DNA from: Vermamoeba vermiformis
Taxonomy: Eukaryota
Direction of reading: 5' to 3'
NCBI GenBank assembly: GCA_045837725.1
Contig: JBEWZL010000083.1
Span: 1-64,000, forward strand
Length of the DNA: 64,000 bases
Under the pieces are notes generated by a model, which saw nothing but the letters and a program-made list of their open reading frames with translations, made no database searches and was not told where the DNA came from. A program made the position numbers and the translations under genes. Shown in pieces: positions 39,486 to 51,571 of this stretch (its first letter is position 1; every line of letters starts with the position of its first letter).

Positions 39486-42400
39486 ATGAAGAGTATTAAT
39501 ACGTTGTCTAAGGCAGATCTAAGGTAAGGAATCTTAGTAGTCCACTATAGGAACAACGGCAAAATTTACTCCCCTCTCGGATTACGTTGATCTTGCACTG
39601 ACAGTACCTAATAAGGCACTATCGTCACTACTGAACAACGTCAAGTCGGTAGCTGTCCATTCGTCTATTTAAAGGTAAGTATTTAATCGCTCTCGAAGTG
39701 ACGACCACAAGCAAGTTGTAGAGGCGATATATTCTAGGCTAAATAATAAGAAAATAGGTAGATATAACATTGTCTCACGAATTCGCAAGCCTAAAGCACC
39801 TCTCGGACAGCTGAAATACATCTGGTAAGAAACTAGCTGGATGTCAATTAGTATTTAAATAATTATGCAATGAATTAATTCATAGTCATTATTTATATTT
39901 CTATAGTTTACCAATCTAAACGCGTTTCATAATAATAAACATATTGAAACAACAGAATCACAATAATCAGAAAATTGCCAGATTTACTCATGGAACTGCC
40001 GCCGTTCGAGTCTAGCGGCAGTGTGAATGAAAATCCTTACGGATATAAATTCAAGGAAATCAACGCACCTGGCAAAGATGTCTCGCTCGCGTTTTGTGGC
40101 GTGCATGCGGATCACTTGGTAGACCTGACTGGTGCCAGAAGTTCTTTGGCTACTCAATACAAAAATAATGGTAGGGTGTTTAGCTATTCTATTATAAGAA
40201 TGACATTGTTTTCGTCGCAGTTAAACTAAAATTTCTTCATTCGAAGTTTGGATTCGCAATTTTTTTATTAGTCTCTGGATCTAACAAACTCCATCTATAG
40301 AGGTTAAACTGCAAATACATTCCGAAAGTATATTTATGGATGTAAAACTGTCGTTCTTGCAAGAGTACGAGAACGCGTGGTTTTTCAAGCCGGAAGTGGT
40401 TAAACACCAAGGTTTAATTCTGCTAGTAGGCTCGTTTGACGAGAATGAACTTGGTGGTGTTTTTGATACAGTAAGCATATGTATTTATTACTAGTTTTCC
40501 TTATTTAGTTTTCATCAAGCGGATCCAAAACTAACTATTTTGTTTTTTCAGAACTTTTTGTACTCCATCAAAGTTAATAATTCTATGCGCTACATGCTTC
40601 TCGAAATGCAATATGATGCAATGGCTGAACGGGTCCCTGATGATATTTTAAATGCTGTTGGCAAGTGGATCGGATCTGTGTAAGTAACATGTTTAAATTT
40701 AAAAATCATACTGACACTAATCATTCAGATCAAATGCGTCGATGGTTTGGACAGTTCCATTAACTGATGTACAAAAACGCTATATGTCAGTTATTGTGAC
40801 AAAGAAGCTTGCTAATGCACTCGCAAAAGAATTTATTATTCCGTAAGCAGATCTGATCCAACTCATAACGGTTCTTTACTGACTAATAGCTATTTAGAGA
40901 GTACAAGAAGCTTAGACAAAAGCACCAGTATTTAGCTGATGCTCGTTGGGGAAGTTTAAAGAAGTTCCTGTCATATCGCAAAATGGATCCAATCCAAACG
41001 ACAGATCCACTTGGCAACACTATAGCACACTTATCAATATTCAATCAGTTCTTAGATGTGTTTATGACAATAGCCAAGACCCATCCAAAGCTCATTAACA
41101 TTCAAAATATCTTTGGCAACACATCTTTGCATAATGTAGGATTATTGCATTTACGCAAAAAAGATCCTTCATATTTCAACTGGAACTTATTCTGGGAATT
41201 ACCGTGGGACTTTTCAATTAAAAACAAGAAGAACGAAACTGGCATTGAAAAGTTGTGTCAGATGCCAGCAACAGAGATATTTGCAGCTTTTCAAGCATTA
41301 GTAGCCAATGTTGATGCATGGAGTCAAGTCACCAAGTGCCATGATGTATCAAAATTATTGTCACAAGCTGTCATTGGCTATCTCTCATATTATACAGACA
41401 AAACAGTTACTAAGAGTGAGGCTGATTCTTTGCATGCTGTGCAATTCTTTGTTGAAACAGGTAAGCTAATACTTGTTTTATTCTATTGTTTGTGGATGAA
41501 ATTTCTTATTTGACTATATTATAGGTGCCAATGATAAAGATGCCATGTTAACTGCTGCTTTGTCCAATCACCAAGCCTCAGTTGCTAATTACTTGTCACA
41601 GCTTGGTATGTACACACATCAGCTGTAATCTTTGTATTGTACACACTAGCTAATTCCTGTCTTAGTCACAGGTGCAAATATCACATTTGCACATGTCACC
41701 ACTGCATTTCAATCTTTGCATCGGCCAACTGCTGATGTTGTATTGAAGAGGTTCAATTTCAGTTCTATCACTTTGGCAGAAATCAATTTACTCTGTTCTG
41801 ATGCTGTCATTGCTGGGTGGACTGATGTTGTCAGGTTTCTTGCCAAAAAAGGTAAAATCCCTCTGTGAAGTTGCTATTGGTAGACATCATGTTTGATTGA
41901 ATTTAACCTGCCTTGAGAATTAGCTAATTCTGTTATCAGGGGGGAAATTTCCCTTGGAATTGATCAGCAAAGGCAAGCCAATTTTGTTGTCAATGGCAAA
42001 TTTGATTGCTCAATTGAACAGCACCACAATTTTACCACTGAAGTACCTATGCATTGATGCAATTGAATGTATGGAAAGGACAGATTTCATGCAAATATTT
42101 GCAGCCATGCCAGAAGAAATCAGATTGCTGTTTCCTAATAAGGAATTATGGAGGTGGACTCTTTTTTTGGACAATGAATGCAAACGAAATCGATTTTTGC
42201 AGCTGTATAGAGCTATACACAGAGCACAATGCTCACAGTACTACAAAGAGCAGAAAGAACGTGCCATGCAAATTTGTATTGGCCAAGTTGAATTTGAAGT
42301 GCATCGTGAAGTGCATTACAGCACTGGTGGACTAACAATTTATCTTGGAAAACAGTTCTACAGACTTGTTTGTTGGCATCCAAGATTGAGTACTGTTTAC

Positions 42401-42685
42401 AAAGTACTCCCAACTAAGGCTGGAGAAGAAAATGCCCAACTACTAGATAATCTATTGCAATTACTTGGATGGCCATTAGAAGATGCCTATGTATTCTTAA
42501 TGATATGCTACAATGCTTTGCTGGAACCCAACGCCAAGTCAATGACAGATCAGGTCTTGAAATTGAAAGCTCATCATTTTTTCTTTCCAGAAACAGTTCA
42601 TACAAATATGGCTCCTCCTGATTGGTACAAAACATTTGTTAAAGAATTTTATGGATTAGATCCACCAAAACATCATTTGTATTGA
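39486..42685 (+). CDS. Multi-exon ankyrin-repeat-containing protein (5' end approximate)
   Basis: DPLGNTIAH, NIQNIFGNTSLH, VQFFVETGA, GWTDVVRFLAKKG. Confidence 0.6.
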
Positions 42686-43711
42686 ACAGAGCTCCAAATT
42701 GTAACTATAAAATTCAGAATAAGGAATAAACCTTATGTTTAAACCTGAGATTTGTTGGCATTAATGCAAATCTGATCAGATCAAAGTCATTCTACAACTT
42801 ACATCATGATTTACTATATTTGGTAGTGTCGTCATAGCATGATATGTCTGTCAAGTGTCACTGCGTGGTGAGGTGTTTGGTCGCGTGTCACGTAACGAGA
42901 AGCCAAAAATATATCTGTAATTACGATACTGATCTTCAATCACGTTCGCAGTGTTTGCACTAGCTTTGGTCTTGATTTGGAGCGCTACATCTTGTACTTG
43001 AACTACATGTTGCACGCTTGTGCGTGGATCCAGGGTCACAAAACGAACTTCGGCGCATTGACCTTTGTATCAATAGTATGCCAAATATGTTTAGCTGTGT
43101 AGTGGGCCTTTTATTAAGGCAAATTAGATGAAATCTGCTGAAAGGCTTCGTCAGGTAACTTCGTGTAACAGACGGATCCAGATGCGACTTACTTGCTTGT
43201 GGGAAATACCAGGAGCATCTATCCGCTTGATGAAAATGCTCGTAGTGGTCGTATTATGCTTAGAGATAATACGAACGTCTTTATCTCGAGGTTTGAACTC
43301 TTCTTGAGTCAACAAACTCGCAGATGGAGGCACTTTTAGCTAGAAACATTGCACCGTGAGTTTAACTCGGATGAACTCGCAAAATATTATGCTTTGAATC
43401 ATTATCGGTTACCATATTGTTTTTCAGCTTTGTGGGTTCATTGTTGGTTGAAAAGAGCTTCGGATGTTGAGAAACTATTTTTACGGTCCTAAATTGAATA
43501 AAAAATATTTAAAAATAGTAACAATAATTGTACAGCAGTTAAAACGATGCCACTGTAAGCAGATTTAAATTGTTTCTGTAGAACTAAGAACTAAACTACC
43601 CATTCTACATAAAAAACTCTCTGAGTACGTACTTGCAAGCATTTCGACAATTACAATTATTAATATGTTATTACATTCTGGTCTGCTTGTCTTGGCGCGA
43701 ATGAAAATAAT

Positions 43712-43832
43712 CACTACCGAATGTAAAACCGCAAATCACACCCGTGATTTTTTTCACAAATCACAGAGTATCTCTTGTGATGGAAACTATTCTCACCGGG
43801 ATGGAACTCACGGTGGGATTTTGGTTTGCGGG
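43712..43832 (+). repeat. Left TIR and subterminal repeats
   Basis: CACTACCGAATGT followed by CAAATCAC x2, GTGATTT, TTGTGAT and CTCAC x2, in both orientations. Confidence 0.8.
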
Positions 43833-44049
43833 GAATGAGTCATGAAACACAACGGCAGTTGTACCGATATCCGATGCATGCGTTATTGATTAGGAGCAGA
43901 ACACACATTTGTATTGCAAGAATGATAAAAGTCTTTATTGAATAACAAGACAAATAGCATTTACATGTACCTAAAACAAAAAACAATATGCAGTGTGCAC
44001 TCAGCAGCGAAACAAAAAACTGGCAGTAATGCATTTCTAATTGTATCTA

Positions 44050-45094
44050 TTAATCTTCTGCTACGGACAACTTGTCTGCAGTTTCATCTTCATCGTTATC
44101 GCTGTCTGCGGGAGCTGATCTCTAAGAAGTGTCAGTAGTGATTTGATAGATGATGCGTCGCTTACAGGGTAGGTTCGGTCAACTTTTCTTTTCTTACGTG
44201 GAGGTTCGTCCAACTAGTTAAATCATTAACAACAATTGATATCAAGATTCGCAGTGAGTTAGGATACTTACAGGGTTTTTCATTCTGTCCAAGATCAATT
44301 CCTTAATCTGGATTATAGTTAAATTAGTTAGTTTGGCGAATATTTAACTTACGACTGTTTTGGCTAACTTTTTGTCTTCCGGAGTAGGATTTGTTTTGGT
44401 CCACTGACCAATTCGTAGTATTCGATCTACATGGTCGGAAATATCAGCCTCTTCAATTGTAGGATTTTCTTTAAAGTATTCATTAACGGCAATAGCAGTG
44501 TTATCGACGAAAGTTTTATATAAAGTGCAGCGTAGGTATTCCTTGGACTTAAATAAACTAGTTAAAACTAAGTAAAAAAGTTAGTCATACTCACTTTGTC
44601 AACTGCAACTTTGAAGACAGCTTGATTTTCTTCATTGTCGGGGTCTAACGCAAGAGCTTCAGCAATAATCTCGGTTATCTTTCCAACGTTCATGTATTTA
44701 TCATTAGCCCAATGCTTTTTAAGTGCATTTCTAATTTTCTCCTATAGCAAGTGTGAGTCAGTAGTAGTTTATTAAGTTTACTTACCCATTCGTCTTTGTC
44801 CAAAAGAGTTTTAGATACAACTTTCCGCATTGAAGAGCGCAAGGTGGTTACTTCGTCGAAAAGGGTTGCATTTTGTTGTTTTATGGCTTTCATTTCGGAT
44901 TGAAGAGTCGCAAAAAACTTTTCAAAAGGCTTTAGTGCTTTAGCCATTGTCGCCGATGAAACCTGCAAGGTAATTGAGTAAAGAAAAGGAGAAGTATGTA
45001 GTACCGTTGAGGAGTCCGCAACTTTCTGGTCTGAGAACAGGCTATCTTGAAGCTGTAATCTTTGCCAAACTTTATTAGCAGTGTTGTTGCTCAT
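44050..45094 (-). CDS. Transposon accessory protein (coiled coil + helical domain + NLS), multi-exon
   Basis: Splices in frame: MSNNTANKVW...LQSEMKAIKQQNATLFDEV...EKIRNALKKHW...PPRKKRKV...SVAED*. Confidence 0.65.
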
Positions 45095-45158
45095 TGAAAC
45101 AGGATGATAAATTACCGAAGAAACGTGAAATTTGGTACTTGGTAAAAATTTATTAAAT

Positions 45159-48100
45159 TTATTTGGCCGAAAAAATTAGGCTGTGTTTTTTGTTATGCTT
45201 GTGAATTACATCACAGTATACGCAAAAATACATATCGCAGTCAGAGCAATACAAGGCGTAATGAGAAAACATCTTCTCGCAGTTGTTATTCGCGCAAATA
45301 CCTGGCTTGTCGAGTTTTTGCTTGGTAGGTAATGCAGCAGCGGTGTTAACTTTGTTATGCAGCGCTTGCATTGAATTGTTAATGCTTAAGTATAGCTTAT
45401 TAGACGCAGATATTTGTTGAATAGTTGCTGCGTTGCTGAAGTAGATATCTTCGAAGCAATATTCATCCGTACTAAAGATTGTATTAGTAGTGCGGTTTAG
45501 GTAGAATAACATACGGTTTGGATTCGTAAAGCCAATTATGTCCATATTCGAACAAATATGTCATAGGCAAAACATCCCATTGCAGCAGCAATTGATTAGT
45601 TGTATGCGGCACAAGTGTAATGTTTGTTGTTGACTTGGCGATGAGAATCTCACCAGGATACAGCGTAAGCACTTTAAGTCCTGCCTGTTCTGCTTGTGTC
45701 TTTGTTTTTTCTGGATGCAATAGTTAATACGGAGCAGTATATTTTGGTTCGTTGTACCTGAAAGTTTATTGAGGGCTTGCTGCTCGTTGTCAGTTGTACA
45801 CATAATTGCGTGCGTCATGCCTGCCTCCGTTAAATTGATCGCAACATAGTAAAAGTCATAAGAGCTCTGGGAAGCGTTAGAACCGTGCGGCAATCAATAA
45901 ATTATTATACCTGGTTAATCGAGATTGATTCATTGAGTGCAATTGTAATTCGATGGAACATCTTCCAACGCGCGCTGGCAGTCAGCTGAAAGAAATTGGA
46001 AGTTGATCTGACATCGTCGGGTAGAATTTGATCTAATTGCGTAAAAGGTAGTGACAAAATTTTCCTACTGTCAACTTGAGTGCGTGCAGTGGCAAAACGA
46101 AAGCCAGGCAGTAACGCGTTTCTAAGTCTGTAATATGTCTGTTAGTCTAACCGTCGCGTTTGTTAAACTTGTGGAATGCTCACCGTTTTACAGTGGTAGC
46201 AATATCTGCTTGCTTTGGTCTAGTAATAAACCATTGATGTAATTCAAGCAAGCAATAGAAATGCTGCTCAATCTGTGCCGTGTCCAATAGGGGTCGTTTG
46301 TCGTCGACAATTGGAGGGAGCGGTTGGACTTTGAGAAAGTAGTGCTCCCAGAATTGGTAACAAAAATTACTGACGGCATTGTGTGAAGCGTTCGGAAGGT
46401 CTGTGCTAATGTTGCGAGCAGCCATTTCCACTGCAAGTTCCACGTCGTCGCCGGAGTCCAAGTGCACCACCCTTTTAATTGCCGTCTGTTTAAGCAGAAT
46501 TGCAATACATAGTGCAACATCGTGATATAGTGTTTTTGACGTCTGTAAATGGGTTAGTAAAAAAGCGATGGTGAGTCAGTTAGTATACTTACAGTGCCCT
46601 CGAAAATATTCACATGCGCAGTTAATTCGTTTTTGACGTTATACGTTGTTAAGGTGTAAGTAATGTTCGATCCAGCGTCATAATCTTGTAATACTAAAAT
46701 ACGTTGTCATTACTGTAGTTGGTTTGGGTTTTACTTACCCGCAATTGGAGTATTGCTACCGACCCATTGCCGAACGGTGTCAACCTTCAATTGTGGGCTC
46801 CGTACGGCATTAATAAACACTAAGCAATTGCTAGGTTGCAGAGCGTCGCAGAAGATGTTTGTTTCGCAGTCGTAGTTCCAAAATGTAAGTAGATTTTCCA
46901 GCGCAGGTGTCAAGCAATCTCGATATGTCTGTTGATCAACAGAATAGGGCAGCAATAAGTGTTTGTGTTGATGCCACGATACATCAATACTATCTGCAGT
47001 TTTGAATTTCTTTCCGTTCGTGCAAGTAAATGGATATGAGGAGTCGAACAGTTGCGAATTACTTGTTGACTGCAGGCCTTGTTGCGTTGATGTTGCACTA
47101 GGCACCGTTGAGTTGATCGATTTTCCGTGTGTGACTTGTGTGTTTTTGTTGGTGTCGTTGATGTTTTCCTTTGAGCTTAAATGGTTGGCTAGGCTAATAT
47201 TATTCCTGGGTTTAAGCGCTACTTCGTAACGAGGGCGCTTATTCCTTGGCTGCGTTTCGGCATTGTCATCTTCATCATTGCTATCGCTATCCGAAATTTG
47301 TCGTTTACGTGGCAATTTTTTGTGCGTTGACTGTGAGTTTTCGTCGTTTTGGTCGTCGACGAGGGCTAAATCTTCATCGTTGTCTTCGGAGCCGTTCATG
47401 ATACTTTGGAGCTTGTCAAACACGTTTTTGGAAAAGTCATTATTGACGTGCAAGTTTGAAACTTCCTGCTGTTTTGTCTTTAGATGATCGGCTGAAGTAG
47501 GTTGCCGAATGTTTTCAATGGCAGTACGATCGATTTTGGTTTTGTAAATATCACTAAACAGTGTTAATTCATCGAATTTAAAGCTGTGGTGTTAGCAGTA
47601 CATACGTGACTTTTCGCCTCAAATTTTCCAATTCTGCATCAGCGATGGCTGCAATTGTAAGGTGTGCATTCTTGTCGATGTTAGAAAACTGGCGCTTTAG
47701 GCTGTCGATCGTCGCCTTTATCTCACGTTCAAGACTAATTAGCTTATCAGGATTGTCAACATTCGTAATAGAATGAACGCAAAAACTCTCGGAGAAGACC
47801 TGCATAGTTGGTGGTATCAGCTTCTCCAGCTGCTTGAGACAATCCTTGATTCCGTCGGTAAAGTGGTTCTTCCAAAGTAACACTACCTTTCGGAAGTAAT
47901 CTATTGCAAATTCATTAATTTAGTTTAAATTGCATCAAAATTAAAGTAACGCAAATTACCTTTACTGGTCGTAACAGCGCCGCACTGACTTTTGAGGCAG
48001 CTGTACGCTTCCTCTGTGACCGCTTTTTTGTTAATATTTTTGCCTCTGGTAATTGAAAGTTAGTACGTGGGTAAAAATGACTAAGTTAGTACTTTGGAAT

Positions 48101-48739
48101 CAACGAGCAATAAAGCTCTGCTAGTTCGGTGAAGGAAAAGTAGTCGACTAGCTTATTTGCCGTCGCACAAGCGACGACCACCTGAAGCAAATTAGAACAA
48201 CACAAGATTGGTTTAATTTAATTCACATACTTTCTTGAGCAACGGCCGGATGTTTTCAACGCTTCCTGGCTGAGTTAGCACGATTGCTCCCCATTGGGTG
48301 ATGCCAAGAGCCTTGGCAGCATGGACCCGCTTAAATCCATCGACGACACAGTATGTATTACGATGGAGCTGGTCGGACAGCTCCTTGCGTTGTTCGTCGT
48401 CGGGTCTCAAGCAAAAATTAGTTCGGTAAAAGTTGGTAGACGTTCACTTACTCCCATACAAGTAACGTAGAATGCTCCAAAATGCCATTTTGGAGGTGTG
48501 TGACCATCATTTTCAAGCTTTGTTCATTGATGGACTTGACGGGCCCCAGCAGATCAATTGTTGCAACGTCGTTTAACTGGACTTGAACATATTTTGTTTT
48601 AAAATTAAGTTGTCTAAAAATGAGATAAATTAATACGTTATTTAAGGGCAGCACAATTAAATACAACTTACTCGCAGTATTTTTTCTGCTGATCTATTGT
48701 TTGTTTTTTTGAGGACGTGCCCTTTTTTTTTGCAGACAT
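45159..48739 (-). CDS. Transposon-borne ParB/Srx-like + degenerate KDM6-like JmjC + Cys/His Zn-finger protein
   Basis: Phase-compatible GT-AG introns link all exons from ATG 48739 to the stop at 45159. Motifs: YCVVDGFKRVHAA; FRFAT...LPDDVRSTSN...FYYVAINL...LYPGEILI...LQWDVLP; C..NC...C.DC..YFC.YC..H. Confidence 0.7.
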
Positions 48740-48794
48740 TGGTGGAGCTCAACGGTTATTGAATTAAAAATAAACAGCGAATGACGCGAACCGT

Positions 48795-48887
48795 GCGTGT
48801 CAAAAATATCGAATGAAATTTCCCGTTAAGTCCGCTGCGTTGAATCAGGCTTAACTGCGGGAGATTTCCCTTCGTTATTTGACACGC
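48795..48887. promoter_or_regulatory. Imperfect inverted repeat in the divergent promoter at the element centre
   Basis: GCGTGTCAAAAATATCGAATGAAATTTCCCGTTAAG versus the reverse complement GCGTGTCAAATAACGAAGGGAAATCTCCCGCAGTTAAG. Confidence 0.65.
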
Positions 48888-48925
48888 GTTCTACTTTGAA
48901 TATTTATTGCAACGTAAACACCACA

Positions 48926-51461
48926 ATGGACAAACAAATACACTCCGACGACGTTTATGAAAGCATCATTGAGGCCCAAATTAAACGAGGCAAGTTGACA
49001 CATCTACAAATCGATTATTACATTATAAGATTAAACTAATTATAACTAATAACACTACGTTAATATTCATAAATATAGCAGTATTTATTAATTAATACTG
49101 TGCTGTGCTCGTATTATTATTTTAAAATAAAGAACGGAAACTAATCTGTATTTTCGCTGCGTTAGTGTCTAAAAACGGCAAAAGAATGGACGACATGATA
49201 AAATATTTTATTGAGGCCTCCAAACAACCGCTGAATGAAACGTTAAAGAGTACGTTGTAGATCGCAGCAATTATTTGACATCTAATATTTTTCATTTTTA
49301 AAGGAAATGATATTATACGGGTTAGGCAATTTGAATGGCGAGCTGAGCAGTTTTTGCGCGTACGGCAAAACTTCTGGTTGGATGACGTTATAGTAAATTC
49401 CCTTGCCATGTAAGTTTTTGCCAGATCGCGCGTACTTTGAAATAGTATTAATTTAAAATACAGGTTGTTTGTAGAGAAAGCAAACGTAAACGATAAAGTC
49501 ATTGACTCTATTTTCTTGGAGGCCAACGAGTCGCGACAGCTTGTGGAGCTTCGTAATTATCGCTTCGTATACGCACCGTTATTTGACCGTACTATCTCCC
49601 ATTTTCAATTGCTTATTATCGACGCAAAGCGCAATTCTGCAATATTTTTGGATCCGAATCCACAACAAAAGAAAGGTATGTTCTTAAACAATTGTTAAAA
49701 AGTGCGTAGTATACTCATTATTGTAGGCACGAAGGCAACGCTGAATGCTCTGAAATCAAAGCTGGAGCGTGCTATTCCTGAGTTGTCTGCAGTCGCCAAC
49801 TTCTCTGTCGTGTATCCACAGGCAACGCAGCAAAACGCGTTCGACTGTGGGTTGTATGTACTATCGTACATATACGAACAATGCAATACAACGGCTACCG
49901 TGAACAAATTTTCAACTTGCTTAACGCGACAGCAATTGCTCGATTTGGTTCTTTCGTGCGTCTCAGAGGTAAGCAATCGGTACGAACATTGAATAAACAT
50001 TTATTCTAACGCAAAGTAGGGTGACAAATCTCGAGTGGAGCGCACGTTCAAAAAATTCGACGAGTCTAATTCAAAATTAATATTGGGCATCAGTACGGCG
50101 CATGAGCTTAGAGCGTTACAAATCAGCGAAGGTACGTATAGTTTTCACAAACAGCGCTTATTTATATATAAAATTAGATGAGTTGCTGCGCTACCTTGAA
50201 AAGTTAAGCAAACTTATTCCGCAGTACGTTCCGAACGAGCCCTCAGCGAGCTTGTGCGACACGATTGCGCATTTACACGATAAATACATGTACAATTATT
50301 CTTATGCTTTCATTTAATAAAGTCAACGTGGCTGACTACGAACGGCCTGTTCTACACAGTCACCTTACACTCGTTCGCGATGCAGCGCAGCACCTCCAGC
50401 CTTACATTTGGAATTTACTAATGGATCCAGCAACGGAATGGTGGTTACCGTTGCATGCTTTTAACGGTGGAAATGCCATGCCAAAGATCTACTGCGCGTT
50501 CTCGAAGGATGTTGACTCATTACGACACTATGTACCTCATAGTACTCGCGGAGGAAGGCCTCTTTTGGCTTACCGTGCGCAATCAATTGATCAATTTACA
50601 TTGAAAGCAGAATTCGACAAGCTCCTAAACCGATACGGATTTGCTTCTTGGAATTACGTTACAATTGTCCTTTACTCGGGAAGCAACTCAGGGATTAGTG
50701 CGCACCGAGATCGTCACCAACTACTTGGCTATGGCGAAGCCGAAGAACAAATAGCGTCGTTCATTTTTGGAGACGAAAGGTAATCACATGCTTAATACAT
50801 AATTTCAATACTCACATATTTTAGGACATTGACCATAATTGCTGGACAACACGAGGTTTCCATTAATAATCCGTCGGGTTGCATGTACCTAATGCAAGGC
50901 ATTCAAAAGTACTCACAGCACAAGAAGGACGGCGATACTGGAACTAGTGTTAGCGTCATTTTTAGGCAATTACTTCCTTATGCCGGGAATCAAAGCCAAG
51001 CAGACACTCTGAACGTTCGCGTTAACGTTCCGTGGTCTGATTTGCAGTCGACACCTCAAAGTTGGAGGCCAACTGCGATAGACTTGCATCAGGACATTCC
51101 GATGAAGACTGCGTGGTTTAATCGACTGCACTTCAACTTAAGTGGCAGACACAAAGCCGATAGACAGGCCGTTTTCAGTCAACGCAACAAGATAATTAGC
51201 GTTCTATCTACGTCACCAAGCAACATCGTTGACGACAATGCACAGCGGATTCTTTTCTATCTACCAACTTCTCACCCAAAAGCCAATGCGTTTGTCAAAA
51301 CGAACAAGCTCAGAATCAGTTTTAGGGTGTATTGCAAGACGTTCTATTTTGCGGACATGCCCAAAAATGCATACCTCTACTGCGGCGAGTATTATATCTC
51401 ACACAAGATTAGACGCTGCAACAAATGCTTCTATTTACTAATTAGGAAAACAGCAACGTAA
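48926..51461 (+). CDS. Transposon-borne Ulp1 (C48) protease + AlkB-family 2OG-Fe(II) dioxygenase + SRA-like fusion
   Basis: Ulp1: WLDD, SHF.LL, FLDP, QQNAFDCG. AlkB: NY..VLY, AHRD, IASF.FG..R, QKYSQH, SVIFR. SRA-like: W.NR....SGRH, IISV, DD, FRVY, YLYCGEY. In-frame introns (including 50290-50359) join the domains. Confidence 0.75.
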
Positions 51462-51571
51462 CCGCATTTTCGACGAAAACTACGGAACAAAGTTTGACCG
51501 GAATTGTGCCAGGATTTTGCGTGTTATCTGCATTACTTTTACCGTTCAATTTAATAAACCACAATTGTACA

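Noticed and set aside
42819-42828. TTTGGTAGTG, identical to the last 10 bp of the element's right TIR, at the edge of the CpG-poor block
   Set aside because: No partner left end with a matching TSD (CACTACCGAC at 38439 has different flanks) and no subterminal ATCAC array. It may be chance or part of a CArG-like site.
42851-43333. Two short minus-strand ORFs left of the transposon
   Set aside because: No recognisable motif or convincing gene model; possibly a fragment.
45484-45893. Apparent frameshifts among three overlapping ORFs, suggesting a pseudogene
   Set aside because: Short GT-AG introns with branch-like motifs restore one continuous frame.
46180-46700. Possible GNAT-like domain in the middle of the ParB-JmjC protein
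   Set aside because: Only a vague secondary-structure impression; no acetyl-CoA-binding motif.
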